Below are positions 1-9,569 of a stretch of 64,000 nt of DNA, piece after piece. A model generated the notes under the pieces. That model saw only the letters and a program-made list of their open reading frames with translations, was not told the DNA's origin and did not search any database. Both the position numbers and the translations under genes were made by a program. The first letter of the stretch is position 1, and each line of letters opens with the position of its first letter. The DNA is from Alphaproteobacteria bacterium (GTDB lineage: Bacteria; Pseudomonadota; Alphaproteobacteria; Bin95). Location: the NCBI GenBank assembly GCA_965205265.1, contig CBDBGH010000003.1, positions 960,001 to 1,024,000 of the forward strand. The letters are read 5' to 3'.

Positions 1-826
1 GCTCATGCGCGAGGCGGAAGGCAATGTCGCCATCCGGGTGACGGAGAGCGCGGAGAAGGACGCCTGCGAGGTCGCCGGGCGGGGCGAGCTTCAGATGGCG
101 GTGCTGATCGAGACGATGCGGCGCGAGGGCTTCGAGCTTTCCGTTTCGCGCCCGCGGGTCCTGCTCGAAACCGATCCGGAGACCGGCAAGCGCCTCGAAC
201 CCGTCGAGGAAGTGACGGTGGATGTGGACACAGAGCACGCCGGCGCGGTGGTCGAGAAGATGGGCCAGCGCAAGGCGGAGCTGATCGACATGCGGCCGAC
301 CGGCGCGGGGCGCCAGCGGCTGGTGTTCCATGCGCCGTCGCGCGGGCTCATCGGCTATCACGGCGAGTTCCTGGCCGATACGCGCGGCACCGGCGTGCTG
401 CACCGGCTGTTCCACAGCTACGCGCCCTGGAAGGGGCGGATGGCGGGCCGGTGGCGCGGCGTCATGGTTTCGCTGGAGCGGGGCAGGGCGGCGGCCTATG
501 CGCTCTGGAACCTGGAGGAGCGCGGACGGCTGTTCATCGCGCCGGGCGAGCCCGTCTATGGCGGCATGGTGATCGGCGAATGCGCGCGCGGCCAGGACAT
601 CGAGGTCAACCCGCTCAAGTCCAAGCAGCTCACCAATTTCCGCGCCGCCGGCAAGGACGACGCCATATTGCTCTCGCCGCCCGAGGACATGGCGCTGGAG
701 CGCGCCATCGCCTGGATCGCCGACGACGAGCTTGTGGAGGTGACGCCGAACGCGGTGCGCCTGCGCAAGCGTTACCTCGACATGCACGAACGCAGGCGGC
801 AAGCTAAGAGAATGGCGGCGGAATAG
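1..826 (+). CDS. typA: Translational GTPase TypA/BipA, C-terminal part (5' truncated by window)
   Basis: Motifs VAGRGELQMAVLIETMRREGFE, PSRGLIG, KQLTNFRAAGKD, DDELVEVTP. Confidence 0.96.
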   Translation, partial: LMREAEGNVAIRVTESAEKDACEVAGRGELQMAVLIETMRREGFELSVSRPRVLLETDPETGKRLEPVEEVTVDVDTEHAGAVVEKMGQRKAELIDMRPTGAGRQRLVFHAPSRGLIGYHGEFLADTRGTGVLHRLFHSYAPWKGRMAGRWRGVMVSLERGRAAAYALWNLEERGRLFIAPGEPVYGGMVIGECARGQDIEVNPLKSKQLTNFRAAGKDDAILLSPPEDMALERAIAWIADDELVEVTPNAVRLRKRYLDMHERRRQAKRMAAE

Positions 827-842
827 CGGCGGGAGTGGAACG

Positions 843-1340
843 ATGGCGCTCTCATGGTCCCATATGGTGCTCTATGTCGAGGACGTGGAGCGGATGCTGG
901 CCTTCTACACCGGTGTGCTCGGCTTCGAGGTGACCGACCGCGGGCCGCTGGGGCGGGACGGCAGGGAGATCGTCTTCCTCAGCCAGGACCCCGACGAACA
1001 TCACCAGGTCGCGTTCATCGACGGCAGGAAGGAGTCCGGCCCCTCCAACAGCGTCAACCATGCGGCCTTCCGCATCGACGATCTTGCGGCGCTCAGGAAG
1101 ATGTCGGCGGCGCTGGATGCCGAGGGGGTCGCCTGCAATCCGCGCAGCCACGGCAACACCTGGTCGATCTATTTCGAGGACCCGGAGCAGAACGGCATCG
1201 AGATCTTCTGCGACACGCCCTGGAAGGTGGCCCAGCCGCAGGCGGTCGCCTGGGACCCGGCGCTGAGCGACGAAGACCTCGCCCGCTGGACCGAGGAACG
1301 CTTCCGCGACCAGCCGGGCTTCGCGCCCGCCGACGCCTGA
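843..1340 (+). CDS. VOC/glyoxalase-family protein (single domain)
   Basis: HMVLYV..FY..VLGF, NHAAF, SIYFEDPEQNGIEIF. Confidence 0.85.
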   Translation: MALSWSHMVLYVEDVERMLAFYTGVLGFEVTDRGPLGRDGREIVFLSQDPDEHHQVAFIDGRKESGPSNSVNHAAFRIDDLAALRKMSAALDAEGVACNPRSHGNTWSIYFEDPEQNGIEIFCDTPWKVAQPQAVAWDPALSDEDLARWTEERFRDQPGFAPADA

Positions 1341-1351
1341 GCGGCGCGCCC

Positions 1352-3022
1352 GTGACCGAAATCACCGTCGCCGAGGCGTATCTGGCGCTGCTGAAGGCGC
1401 GCGGCGTGGATGTGCTGTTCGCCAATCCGGGCACCGATTTCGCGCCCATCGTCGAGGCCTATGCGCGGGCCGGGGAGACGGGGCTCGATTTCCCCACACC
1501 CCACACCATCGTGCACGAGACCGTGGCGGTCGGCATGGCGGACGGCTACTGGCAGGCGTCCGGCCGGATGGCGGCCGTCATGGCGCATGTGAATGTCGGC
1601 ACCGCCAACGCGTTGATGGGCCTCATCAACGCCCGGCGCGACAATGTGCCGATCTTCATGGCCGCCGGCCGCTCGCCCGTGACCGAGAAGGGCCGCAAGG
1701 GCGCGCGCGACCGCGGCATCCACTGGGGCCAGGATATGTACGACCAGGCGGGCATGCTGCGCGAGGCGGTGAAGTGGGACTATGAGCTGCGCCTTGCGGA
1801 CCAGCTTGAGGCGGTGGTGGAGCGCGCGCTCGCCGTTGCCGCCTCGCCGCCTCGGGGGCCGGTCTATTTCACCATGCCGCGCGAGATCATGGCGGAGCCG
1901 CTGCCGGGCTTCCGCCTCTCGCCGGAGCCGCGCCAGAAGCCGGTGTCTCCGGGCCTGCCGGACCCGGCCGCCATCGCCGAGGGAGCCGCCGTGCTGTCGG
2001 CTGCGGCGCGGCCGCTGATCGTCGCCAACCGGGGCGCCGGCTGGCAGGTGCTGGCGGATTTCGCCGAACGGTTTGCGATGCCGGTGGTCGAGTTCTGGGC
2101 GAGCCGCGCCTCGCTGCCGGGCGACCACCCCATGCATGGCGGCTTCGATCCCGGCCCCTGGCTCGGGGACGCTGACGCCGTGCTGGTCCTGGACGCGATG
2201 GTGCCCTGGATGCCGGCGGAGCAGGACATTCCGCCCGGCTGCAAGGTGGTGCAGGCGGGCGCTGACCCGCTGTTCTCCGATGTGCCGATGCGCGGGTTTC
2301 CCGCCGATGTCGCCATTGCCGGGGACCCGGCGGCCGTGCTGGAGGCGCTGGCCGCGGACATGGCGCCGCCGCCGAAGGGCCGGGGAAAGGAAGTCGCCCG
2401 CCGCTGCCGCGAGGGGCGGGAGGCGCGCATCGCCGCCGCGGAGGCCGGCGGTGCGTCCGCGCCGATGTCGCCGGGTTGGGTCGCCCGCTGCCTCGACCGG
2501 GCGCTGCCGGACGACGCCATGATCTTCAACGAGCTGGGCGCGCCGCTCCCGGCGCTCACCGTCCGCGATCCGCTCGGCTATTTCGGCGGCTCGCTGGCGG
2601 GCGGGCTCGGCTGGGGGTTGCCGGCGGCGATGGGCGCGAAGCTCGCCCGGCCGGAGCGCATGGCGGTCGCCTGCGTCGGCGACGGCTCATACATGTTCGC
2701 CAACCCCGTCGCCTGCCACCAGGCGGGTGCTTCGCTCGGCCTTCCGGTGCTGACGCTCGTCTTCAACAACGGCATCTACAACGCCGTCCGGCGGGCGGCG
2801 CTCTCGGTCTATCCGGACGGCCATGCGAGCCGCGCCAATGTCATGCCGCTGACCTCGCTGGAGCCCGCGCCGCGCTACGACCTCATCGCGCAGGCGAGCG
2901 GCGGGCACGGGGAGCGGGTGGAGGACCCGGAGGCCCTTCCGGACGCCCTCTCCCGCGCCATCGAAACCGTGACCGGAGAAGGCCGCCAGGCGCTGTTGGA
3001 TATCGCCGTCGGCGTGCCCTGA
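1352..3022 (+). CDS. Thiamine pyrophosphate-dependent enzyme (acetolactate synthase/benzoylformate decarboxylase-like)
   Basis: GTG at 1352; FANPGTDF, HE..AVGMADGY, GDGSYMF...NNG TPP-binding motif. Confidence 0.88.
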   Translation: MTEITVAEAYLALLKARGVDVLFANPGTDFAPIVEAYARAGETGLDFPTPHTIVHETVAVGMADGYWQASGRMAAVMAHVNVGTANALMGLINARRDNVPIFMAAGRSPVTEKGRKGARDRGIHWGQDMYDQAGMLREAVKWDYELRLADQLEAVVERALAVAASPPRGPVYFTMPREIMAEPLPGFRLSPEPRQKPVSPGLPDPAAIAEGAAVLSAAARPLIVANRGAGWQVLADFAERFAMPVVEFWASRASLPGDHPMHGGFDPGPWLGDADAVLVLDAMVPWMPAEQDIPPGCKVVQAGADPLFSDVPMRGFPADVAIAGDPAAVLEALAADMAPPPKGRGKEVARRCREGREARIAAAEAGGASAPMSPGWVARCLDRALPDDAMIFNELGAPLPALTVRDPLGYFGGSLAGGLGWGLPAAMGAKLARPERMAVACVGDGSYMFANPVACHQAGASLGLPVLTLVFNNGIYNAVRRAALSVYPDGHASRANVMPLTSLEPAPRYDLIAQASGGHGERVEDPEALPDALSRAIETVTGEGRQALLDIAVGVP

Positions 3023-3027
3023 CAGGT

Positions 3028-3873
3028 TCAGGACGCGGACGCGGCGAGCGGCGCGTAGTCGTCCAGCAGCCTGAGCGCCTCGTCGCGGCTCACGTCCGGT
3101 ATCTCGAACAGCGCGCGGTCCATGCCGGCCTCGCGGCAGGCGTCGAGCTTCTCCTTGTCCGGCGGCGCGCGGAAGAGCGTGACCTGCAGGGTGGACATGT
3201 CCCGCCCGGCGGCGTCGGCATGGGCGCGCAGGCGGTCCATCTCGACCCTGGGGTCGAAGCCCGGCCTCGGCCGCGGCAGCCAGCCGTCGCAATAGTCCAC
3301 CACGCGGCGCAGCGTGTAATCGGTCTCCCCGCCCATCAGCAGCGGCGGGTTCGGCGTCTGGACCGGCTTCGGCCAGGACCAGCAGGGCTCGAAAGACACA
3401 TGCTCGCCGGAGAAGGACGCCTCGTCCTCCGTCCAGAGCTTCTTCATCGCCAGCACGCGCTCGCGCACGATTGCGAATCTCGTGCGGTAGGTCGCGCCGT
3501 GGTCTTCCATCTCCTCGACGTTCCAGCCGCCGCCGAGGCCGAAGACGAAGCGCCCGCCGGACAGCCGGTCGAGGCTCGCCACCACCTTGGCCGTCACGAT
3601 CGGGTCCCGCTGGGCCAGCAGGCAGATGCCCGTGCCGATGGTGAGCTTCTCCGTCGCCGCCGCCGCGAAGGAAAGCGCGATGAAGGGGTCGTGGGTGTGC
3701 GCATAGCGCTTCTGCAGCGGCCCGCCGGCCGGGAAGGGCGAGCGCCGGCTGGTGGGAATGTGGGTGTGCTCGGGCACGAAAAGCGCCTCGAAGCCCCTCT
3801 CTTCCAGCGCGACGGCAAGCTCGGCGATGTCGATGGAATAGTCCGTCGGGAAGATGAAGACGCCGGTTTTCAT
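3028..3873 (-). CDS. LLM-class (luciferase-like, putative F420-dependent) oxidoreductase
   Basis: PEHTHIP, DPF..LS, AK.VASLDRLSGGRF.FGLGGGWN.EE. Confidence 0.88.
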   Translation of the reverse strand: MKTGVFIFPTDYSIDIAELAVALEERGFEALFVPEHTHIPTSRRSPFPAGGPLQKRYAHTHDPFIALSFAAAATEKLTIGTGICLLAQRDPIVTAKVVASLDRLSGGRFVFGLGGGWNVEEMEDHGATYRTRFAIVRERVLAMKKLWTEDEASFSGEHVSFEPCWSWPKPVQTPNPPLLMGGETDYTLRRVVDYCDGWLPRPRPGFDPRVEMDRLRAHADAAGRDMSTLQVTLFRAPPDKEKLDACREAGMDRALFEIPDVSRDEALRLLDDYAPLAASAS

Positions 3874-4919
3874 GTGTCGGGAGAGTCCTTTTCTCGATAT
3901 CGGGCAAGGCGCTCGGCGATCTCTTCCTCCCGGAGGATGCCGAGCTCGACGATGTTAGCCTTTAGGGCCAGGAGCCAGCGCTGATAGTAGCCGAGGCCGT
4001 CATAGAGCGGCCCGGGCAGGTCCTCCTGCGCGCGCTGGCTGCTGTCGCTGGTCAGGCGCGGATCGTGGTCCTGGAGCAGGACCTTCATCGCATCGACGCG
4101 CTTGCCGAACCCGTCGGGCGGGGTCTCGTCGCGCTCGACCGGGCCGGCGTCGCGGCCGCCATAGTCGCTGACGAGGCCGGAAGCGTTGGGAGAGGTTGCA
4201 GCCATCAGATAGTTCACCGAAAGGTCGCGGGTAAGGCGCCAGGCTCCGGAAAGCGGCGCATAGCTCATGCCCGAAACCGCCGCCGGACGCAAACCCGCCG
4301 CCCGCGCCGCGCGCGCCAGCTCCGAAGGCTTGACGAAACGCGAGAAGTCATGCGTGCCCGGCGGCAGCCAGCGCAGCAGGTATTCCGCGCCGATCTTCGC
4401 CTTGAGCAGGCTCTCCGCCGTGCGGTTGAGCGTCGAGAACAGCATGAGCCCGCCGGGCTTGAGCAAGCCCGCCGCCGCGTGCACGAACGCGCCGAGGTCC
4501 GGGACATGCTCCACGAGCTCCAGCGCAAGGACGGCGTCGAAGCGCTCGCCGGCCAGGGATTCGACCGCGGCGCAGCGATAGTCGATGTCGAGGCCGGCGG
4601 CCGCTGCATGGGCGCGCGCAATCTCGACGGTCTCCGGCTCCGCGTCGATGGCGGTGACGGCGGCGCCCAGCCGCGCCATCGGCTCCGCCATGAGCCCGCC
4701 GCCGCATCCGGCGTCCAGCAGGCTGAGGCCCGCCAGTGGGCGCGGCGCCAGCGGGTCGCGGCCGAAGCGGTCGGCGATCCGGTCCCGCACCCAGCCGATC
4801 CTGACCGGGTTCATGGCGTGGAGCGGCCTGAACTTGCCCTCCGGGTCCCACCACTCATCCGCCATCGCGGCGAAACGCCGGGTTTCCTCGACATCCACGG
4901 TTGCGCCGGGTTCTGTCAT
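3870..4919 (-). CDS. ubiG: UbiG ubiquinone O-methyltransferase with a C-terminal nitrile hydratase beta-like extension
   Basis: WWDPEGKFRPLHAMNPVR, LDAGCGGG, EHVPD, GAEYLLRWLPPGTHD, DLSVNYL, then ~105 extra residues in frame. Confidence 0.9.
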   Translation of the reverse strand: MTEPGATVDVEETRRFAAMADEWWDPEGKFRPLHAMNPVRIGWVRDRIADRFGRDPLAPRPLAGLSLLDAGCGGGLMAEPMARLGAAVTAIDAEPETVEIARAHAAAAGLDIDYRCAAVESLAGERFDAVLALELVEHVPDLGAFVHAAAGLLKPGGLMLFSTLNRTAESLLKAKIGAEYLLRWLPPGTHDFSRFVKPSELARAARAAGLRPAAVSGMSYAPLSGAWRLTRDLSVNYLMAATSPNASGLVSDYGGRDAGPVERDETPPDGFGKRVDAMKVLLQDHDPRLTSDSSQRAQEDLPGPLYDGLGYYQRWLLALKANIVELGILREEEIAERLARYREKDSPDT

Positions 4920-5003
4920 CGCAACTTGTTCCAACCGGGAGGCCGGAATATGTTGCGCCCGCCCGCCGGCGGCAAGCCGTTGCAGGCGGTCGAAGGGTGT
5001 TTC

Positions 5004-6221
5004 ATGGCACGTCTCGTCTTGAAATTCGGCGGCACCTCCGTCGCTGACCGGGAGCATATCCGCAATGCGGCCGGGCGCGTGGCGCGCGAAGCGGCGGCAG
5101 GGCATGAGGTAGCCGTCGTGGTGTCCGCGATGTCGGGAGTCACCAATGACCTCGTCGGGCAGGTTGCCGCGGTCGCGCCGGTCCACGACACGGCGGAATA
5201 CGATGCCGTGGTCGCTACCGGCGAGCAGATTACCAGCGGGCTGATGGCGCTGACCCTGCAGGAGATGGGCGTGCCGGCGCGGTCCTTCCAGGGTTGGCAA
5301 TTGCCGATACGCACCGACGGAACGCACGGCCGGGCGCGCATCCGGCAGGTGGAAGGCGAATCGCTGCGCGCGGCGGCGGCAGCCGGGCAGGTCGCCGTGG
5401 TGGCGGGCTTCCAGGGGCTTTCGCCGGACGGGCGGGTCACCACGCTCGGCCGCGGCGGCTCGGACACGACGGCGGTTGCGCTGGCCGCGGCGCTCGAGGC
5501 GGACCGTTGCGACATCTACACCGATGTGGACGGCGTCTATACCTGCGACCCGAGGGTGGTCCCGAGAGCGCGGAAGATCGAGCGGATCGCGTTCGAGGAA
5601 ATGCTGGAAATGGCGAGCCAGGGCGCCAAGGTCCTGCAGACGCGCTCGGTTGCCATGGCGATGCGGCGCGGCGTACGACTCCGGGTGCTCTCCAGCTTCG
5701 AGGAGACGCCGGGAACCCTGATCGTCGGCGAGGATGAGATAGTGGAAGAACAGGTGGTTACCGGAGTGGCGGTCTCGCGGGAGGACGCGAAGGTGACGCT
5801 GACGGGCGTGGAAGACCGCCCCGGGGTCGCCGCGGCGATTTTCGGCCCGCTTGCCGATGCCGAGATCAATGTCGATATGATCGTTCAGAACGTCGCCGAC
5901 GGAGGCCGGCACACGGACATCACCTTCACGGTGCCGAAGCCCGACCTCGAGCGCGCCACCGCTTTGCTGAGGGAAGCCTCGCTTGCGTTCGAATCGCTGG
6001 TGCCGGACCCGAATGTCGCCAAGGTATCGGTCGTCGGCATCGGGATGCGCAGCCATGCCGGCGTCGCCCAGAGGATGTTCGCGACGCTGGCCGCGCGCGG
6101 CATCAATATCGAGGTGATCTCGACCTCCGAGATCAAGATCAGCGTGTTGATCGAGGAGGAATATGCGGAACTGGCGGCAAGGGCGCTGCATACGGCCTAT
6201 GGACTCGACCGCGACGATTGA
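5004..6221 (+). CDS. lysC: Aspartate kinase
   Basis: VLKFGGTSV, VVSAM, TLGRGGSDTTAV, two ACT domains, ISTSEIKIS. Confidence 0.96.
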   Translation: MARLVLKFGGTSVADREHIRNAAGRVAREAAAGHEVAVVVSAMSGVTNDLVGQVAAVAPVHDTAEYDAVVATGEQITSGLMALTLQEMGVPARSFQGWQLPIRTDGTHGRARIRQVEGESLRAAAAAGQVAVVAGFQGLSPDGRVTTLGRGGSDTTAVALAAALEADRCDIYTDVDGVYTCDPRVVPRARKIERIAFEEMLEMASQGAKVLQTRSVAMAMRRGVRLRVLSSFEETPGTLIVGEDEIVEEQVVTGVAVSREDAKVTLTGVEDRPGVAAAIFGPLADAEINVDMIVQNVADGGRHTDITFTVPKPDLERATALLREASLAFESLVPDPNVAKVSVVGIGMRSHAGVAQRMFATLAARGINIEVISTSEIKISVLIEEEYAELAARALHTAYGLDRDD

Positions 6222-6222
6222 G

Positions 6223-7239
6223 ATGGGCGCGAGGGCGCAGCTCGACCGGCTCTGGGCGCGGGGCCGGGAATTCCTCGGCTGCGAGGCCGCCGTCATGGGC
6301 GGTGCCATGACATGGGTTTCGGAACGGAACCTGGTTTCGGCGATATCGGAGGCCGGGGCGTTCGGCGTCATCGCCTGCGGCGCGATGGAGCCCGACCGGC
6401 TGGCGCTGGAGATTGCCGGCACGCGGGCGCTCACGGACAAGCCCTTCGGCGTCAACCTCATCACCATGCATCCGCAGCTCGATGCGCTGATCGATGTCTG
6501 CGGCGAGATGGGCGTCAGCCACATCGTGCTGGCGGGCGGGCTGCCCGGCCGCGTCGCCATGCGCCGCGTAAAAGGGTGGGGCGCCAGGCTCGTCTGCTTT
6601 GCCCCGGCCCTTCCCCTCGCCCGCAAGCTGGTGCGGGACGGGGCCGATGCGCTGATCGTCGAAGGGGCGGAAGCCGGCGGGCATACCGGGCCCGTGGCGA
6701 CTGCGGTGCTCGCGCAGGAGATCCTGCCCGAGATCCGCGAGGTCCCGGTTTTCGTGGCCGGCGGCATCGGACGGGGCGAGGCGGTGCTTGCCTTCCTGGA
6801 GATGGGCGCGTCGGGCTGCCAGATCGGCACGCGGTTCGCAGCAGCGGAGGAATCGATCGCGCATCCGCGCTTCAAGCAGGCGTTCCTGCGCGGCGAGGCG
6901 CGGGACGCGGTGCTGTCGCAGCAGGTGGACCCGCGCTTCCCGGTGGTTCCCGTGCGCGCGCTCGCCAACGATGCGTCCCGCCGGTTCGCCGCGTTCCAGC
7001 ATGAGGTGATCGCGCGCCACCGGGCCGGCGAACTCGGCCTCAAGGAGGCGCAGCTCGAAATCGAGCATTTCTGGGCCGGCGCATTGCGGCGCGCCGTCAT
7101 CGAGGGGGACGTCGAGAACGGTTCGGTCATGGCGGGCCAGAGCGTCGGCATGGTGAAGCGCATCGAGCCGGTGTCGGACATCCTCGAAGAGTTGCGCGGG
7201 CAGGCGCTTGCCATGCTGATGGAACGGAGGCGCCTGTGA
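6223..7239 (+). CDS. Nitronate monooxygenase/FabK-like flavin oxidoreductase
   Basis: GGAMTWVS, EGAEAGGH, VAGGIG, GTRF, MAGQSVG. Confidence 0.85.
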   Translation: MGARAQLDRLWARGREFLGCEAAVMGGAMTWVSERNLVSAISEAGAFGVIACGAMEPDRLALEIAGTRALTDKPFGVNLITMHPQLDALIDVCGEMGVSHIVLAGGLPGRVAMRRVKGWGARLVCFAPALPLARKLVRDGADALIVEGAEAGGHTGPVATAVLAQEILPEIREVPVFVAGGIGRGEAVLAFLEMGASGCQIGTRFAAAEESIAHPRFKQAFLRGEARDAVLSQQVDPRFPVVPVRALANDASRRFAAFQHEVIARHRAGELGLKEAQLEIEHFWAGALRRAVIEGDVENGSVMAGQSVGMVKRIEPVSDILEELRGQALAMLMERRRL

Positions 7240-9494
7240 CGCGGACCGCCCCCCCGGACGCCTCGCGCCTGCTGCTGCAGCGCGTCCGCGAGGTGGCGGC
7301 GACCGTCGTGGACAAGCAGGACCGCCTGGACGGGATAACCGCGGAAATAGCGGATGTGATGGCGGCGGAGGTCTGTTCCATCTATATCCGCCACGGCGAC
7401 AACCGCCTGTGGCTGACGGCAACCAGGGGCCTGAATCCGGAGGCCGTCCACACCACGGCGCTTGCGGTCGGCGAGGGCCTTGTCGGGCTGGTCGCCGAGA
7501 GCGCCGAGCCGGTGAACCTGTCCGAGGCGACCGCGCACGAAAACTTCGCTTACCGGCCCGAAACCGGCGAGGAAGCCTTCCATTCCTTCGTCGGCGTGCC
7601 GCTGCTGCGCGGCGGCCTGGTCCTCGGCGTGCTGACCGTGCAGAACGTCCGGCCCCGGCTCTACACTGCGGACGAGGTCGAGGCCCTGCAGACCGTGGCC
7701 ATGCTGGTTGCGGAGCCTGCGGCTGCGCATGAACCGCCGGGCGAGGATATCGGCGAGGACCTGCGCCCCGTGCGTCTGGAAGGCAGGGTGCTGAATGCCG
7801 GCGTCGCGCTCGGCACGGCCCATATGCACGAGGCCCGGCTGCCCGTGCAGAGCATGGTGTCGGGCGCCGACGCCGCTGCGGAGATCGCGCGAGTGGACCA
7901 GGCCCTGGATGAAATGCACCGGGCGCTGGACGACCGCTTCCACGCGGCCGACCTTGCCGGGGAGGGCGAGCACCGGGAGGTGTTGCAGGCCTACCGGATG
8001 TTCGCCGAGGACCGGGGCTGGCTCTCGCGGATCCGGGAAGCGGTGCGCGGCGGGTTGAGCGCCGAAGGCGCCGTCGTGCGAATCCAGGAGCAGATGCGGG
8101 CCCGCATGCGGCAGATGCGCGATCCGTTCTTCCGCGAGCGCCTGCACGACCTCGACGACCTCAGCCACCGGCTGCTCGAGCATCTGGCCGGCGAGGCGGG
8201 CAGGATGCAGAAGGACGTGCTTCCCGGCGACGCGGTTCTGGTGGCCCGGAACATGGGGCCGGCCGAGCTGCTCGACTATCCGCGCGAAAGGCTGCGCGCC
8301 CTGCTGCTGGAAGAAGGGTCGCACACGGCGCATGTCGTCATCGTCGCGCGCGCGCTCGACATTCCCGTTCTGGGCGGGCTCAAGGACATCTCCGCCATAG
8401 CCGAAGGCGGCGACCGCGTCGCCGTGGACGGCGAGAACGGCCAGGTCTTCATTCGGCCCGGCGCGCAGGTCGAACAGAATTTCCTCCACGCCATGCAGAT
8501 GCGGGAGGAGCGCCGCGCGCAGTTCGCCGTGCTTCGGGACAAGGCCGCGCGCTCGGTCGACGGCGTGGAGGTGTCGCTCAATATCAATGCCGGCCTGTTG
8601 ATCGACATTCAGCAGGTCGCCGCCGTCGGCGCGGACGGCGTCGGCCTCTATCGCACGGAAATTCCCTTCATGGTCCGGTCGCGCTTCCCCGATGTGGAGG
8701 ACCAGCAACGCCTGTACAGCCGGGCGCTGGACCTGTCCGAAGGGAGGCCTCTGGTGTTCCGCACGCTCGATATCGGCGGCGACAAGGTCCTGCCCTACTG
8801 GCGGCAGGCGGAGGAGGAGAACCCCGCCATGGGCTGGCGGGCGCTGCGGCTCACGCTGGACCGGCCGCAAATGCTCCGCCAGCAGCTCCGGGCCATGGTG
8901 CGCGCGGCTGCGGGCCGCGACCTGCATGTCATGTTCCCGATGGTGGCCGAAGTCTCCGAGTTCGCGCGCGCCAGGGCGGCCCTGGACGCGGAGATCGACC
9001 GCGAGCGAAGGCAGGGCCGGGACGCTCCGGCAGCGGTTTTCGCCGGCGCCATGCTCGAGGTGCCGGCGCTGGTCTGGCAATTGCCGGCGCTGTTGCGGTT
9101 GACGGACTTCATTTCGGTCGGAAGCAACGACCTGCTGCAGTTCTTTTTCGCGGCCGACCGGGCAAATCCAAGGGTTTCGGGGCGGTACGACCTGCTTTCG
9201 CCGGCGGTGCTGGCGTTCTTTGCCCACATCGTGGACAGCGCCAAGGGCGCAAACCGGCCGATCGCATTTTGCGGAGAGATGGCCGGAGGGGTGCTGGAGG
9301 CGATGACCTTGATCGGCCTCGGTTTCCGGACGCTGTCGGTGGCGCCGGCTTCGGTGGGCCCGGTAAAGGCGATGCTGCGTGCGACCGAGGTTGCGCCGCT
9401 TGCAGACTATGTCCGGTCTCTTGCGGGCCTTCCGGATCGTACAGTCCGCGACAAATTGCGCGCCTATGCGCTCGACCATGACATTCCGTTGTAG
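7236..9494 (+). CDS. ptsP: PEP-protein phosphotransferase EI(Ntr), GAF-EI
   Basis: N-terminal GAF (AAEVCSIY), GSHTAH, GLYRTE, RTLDIGGDK, GSNDL.QF, CGEMAG. Confidence 0.95.
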   Translation: MTRTAPPDASRLLLQRVREVAATVVDKQDRLDGITAEIADVMAAEVCSIYIRHGDNRLWLTATRGLNPEAVHTTALAVGEGLVGLVAESAEPVNLSEATAHENFAYRPETGEEAFHSFVGVPLLRGGLVLGVLTVQNVRPRLYTADEVEALQTVAMLVAEPAAAHEPPGEDIGEDLRPVRLEGRVLNAGVALGTAHMHEARLPVQSMVSGADAAAEIARVDQALDEMHRALDDRFHAADLAGEGEHREVLQAYRMFAEDRGWLSRIREAVRGGLSAEGAVVRIQEQMRARMRQMRDPFFRERLHDLDDLSHRLLEHLAGEAGRMQKDVLPGDAVLVARNMGPAELLDYPRERLRALLLEEGSHTAHVVIVARALDIPVLGGLKDISAIAEGGDRVAVDGENGQVFIRPGAQVEQNFLHAMQMREERRAQFAVLRDKAARSVDGVEVSLNINAGLLIDIQQVAAVGADGVGLYRTEIPFMVRSRFPDVEDQQRLYSRALDLSEGRPLVFRTLDIGGDKVLPYWRQAEEENPAMGWRALRLTLDRPQMLRQQLRAMVRAAAGRDLHVMFPMVAEVSEFARARAALDAEIDRERRQGRDAPAAVFAGAMLEVPALVWQLPALLRLTDFISVGSNDLLQFFFAADRANPRVSGRYDLLSPAVLAFFAHIVDSAKGANRPIAFCGEMAGGVLEAMTLIGLGFRTLSVAPASVGPVKAMLRATEVAPLADYVRSLAGLPDRTVRDKLRAYALDHDIPL

Positions 9495-9509
9495 GGGTGG
9501 ATTTCGCGC

Positions 9510-9539
9510 TTGATTTGCGGCGACTCTGTCTGACATAAT
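9510..9539 (+). promoter_or_regulatory. Putative sigma70 promoter for rodZ-ispG-hisS
   Basis: TTGATT-N18-CATAAT with extended TG; AGGAGAGG follows. Confidence 0.35.
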
Positions 9540-9569
9540 TCCGGATAAGGAGAGGAAGTTCGCGCGCCG

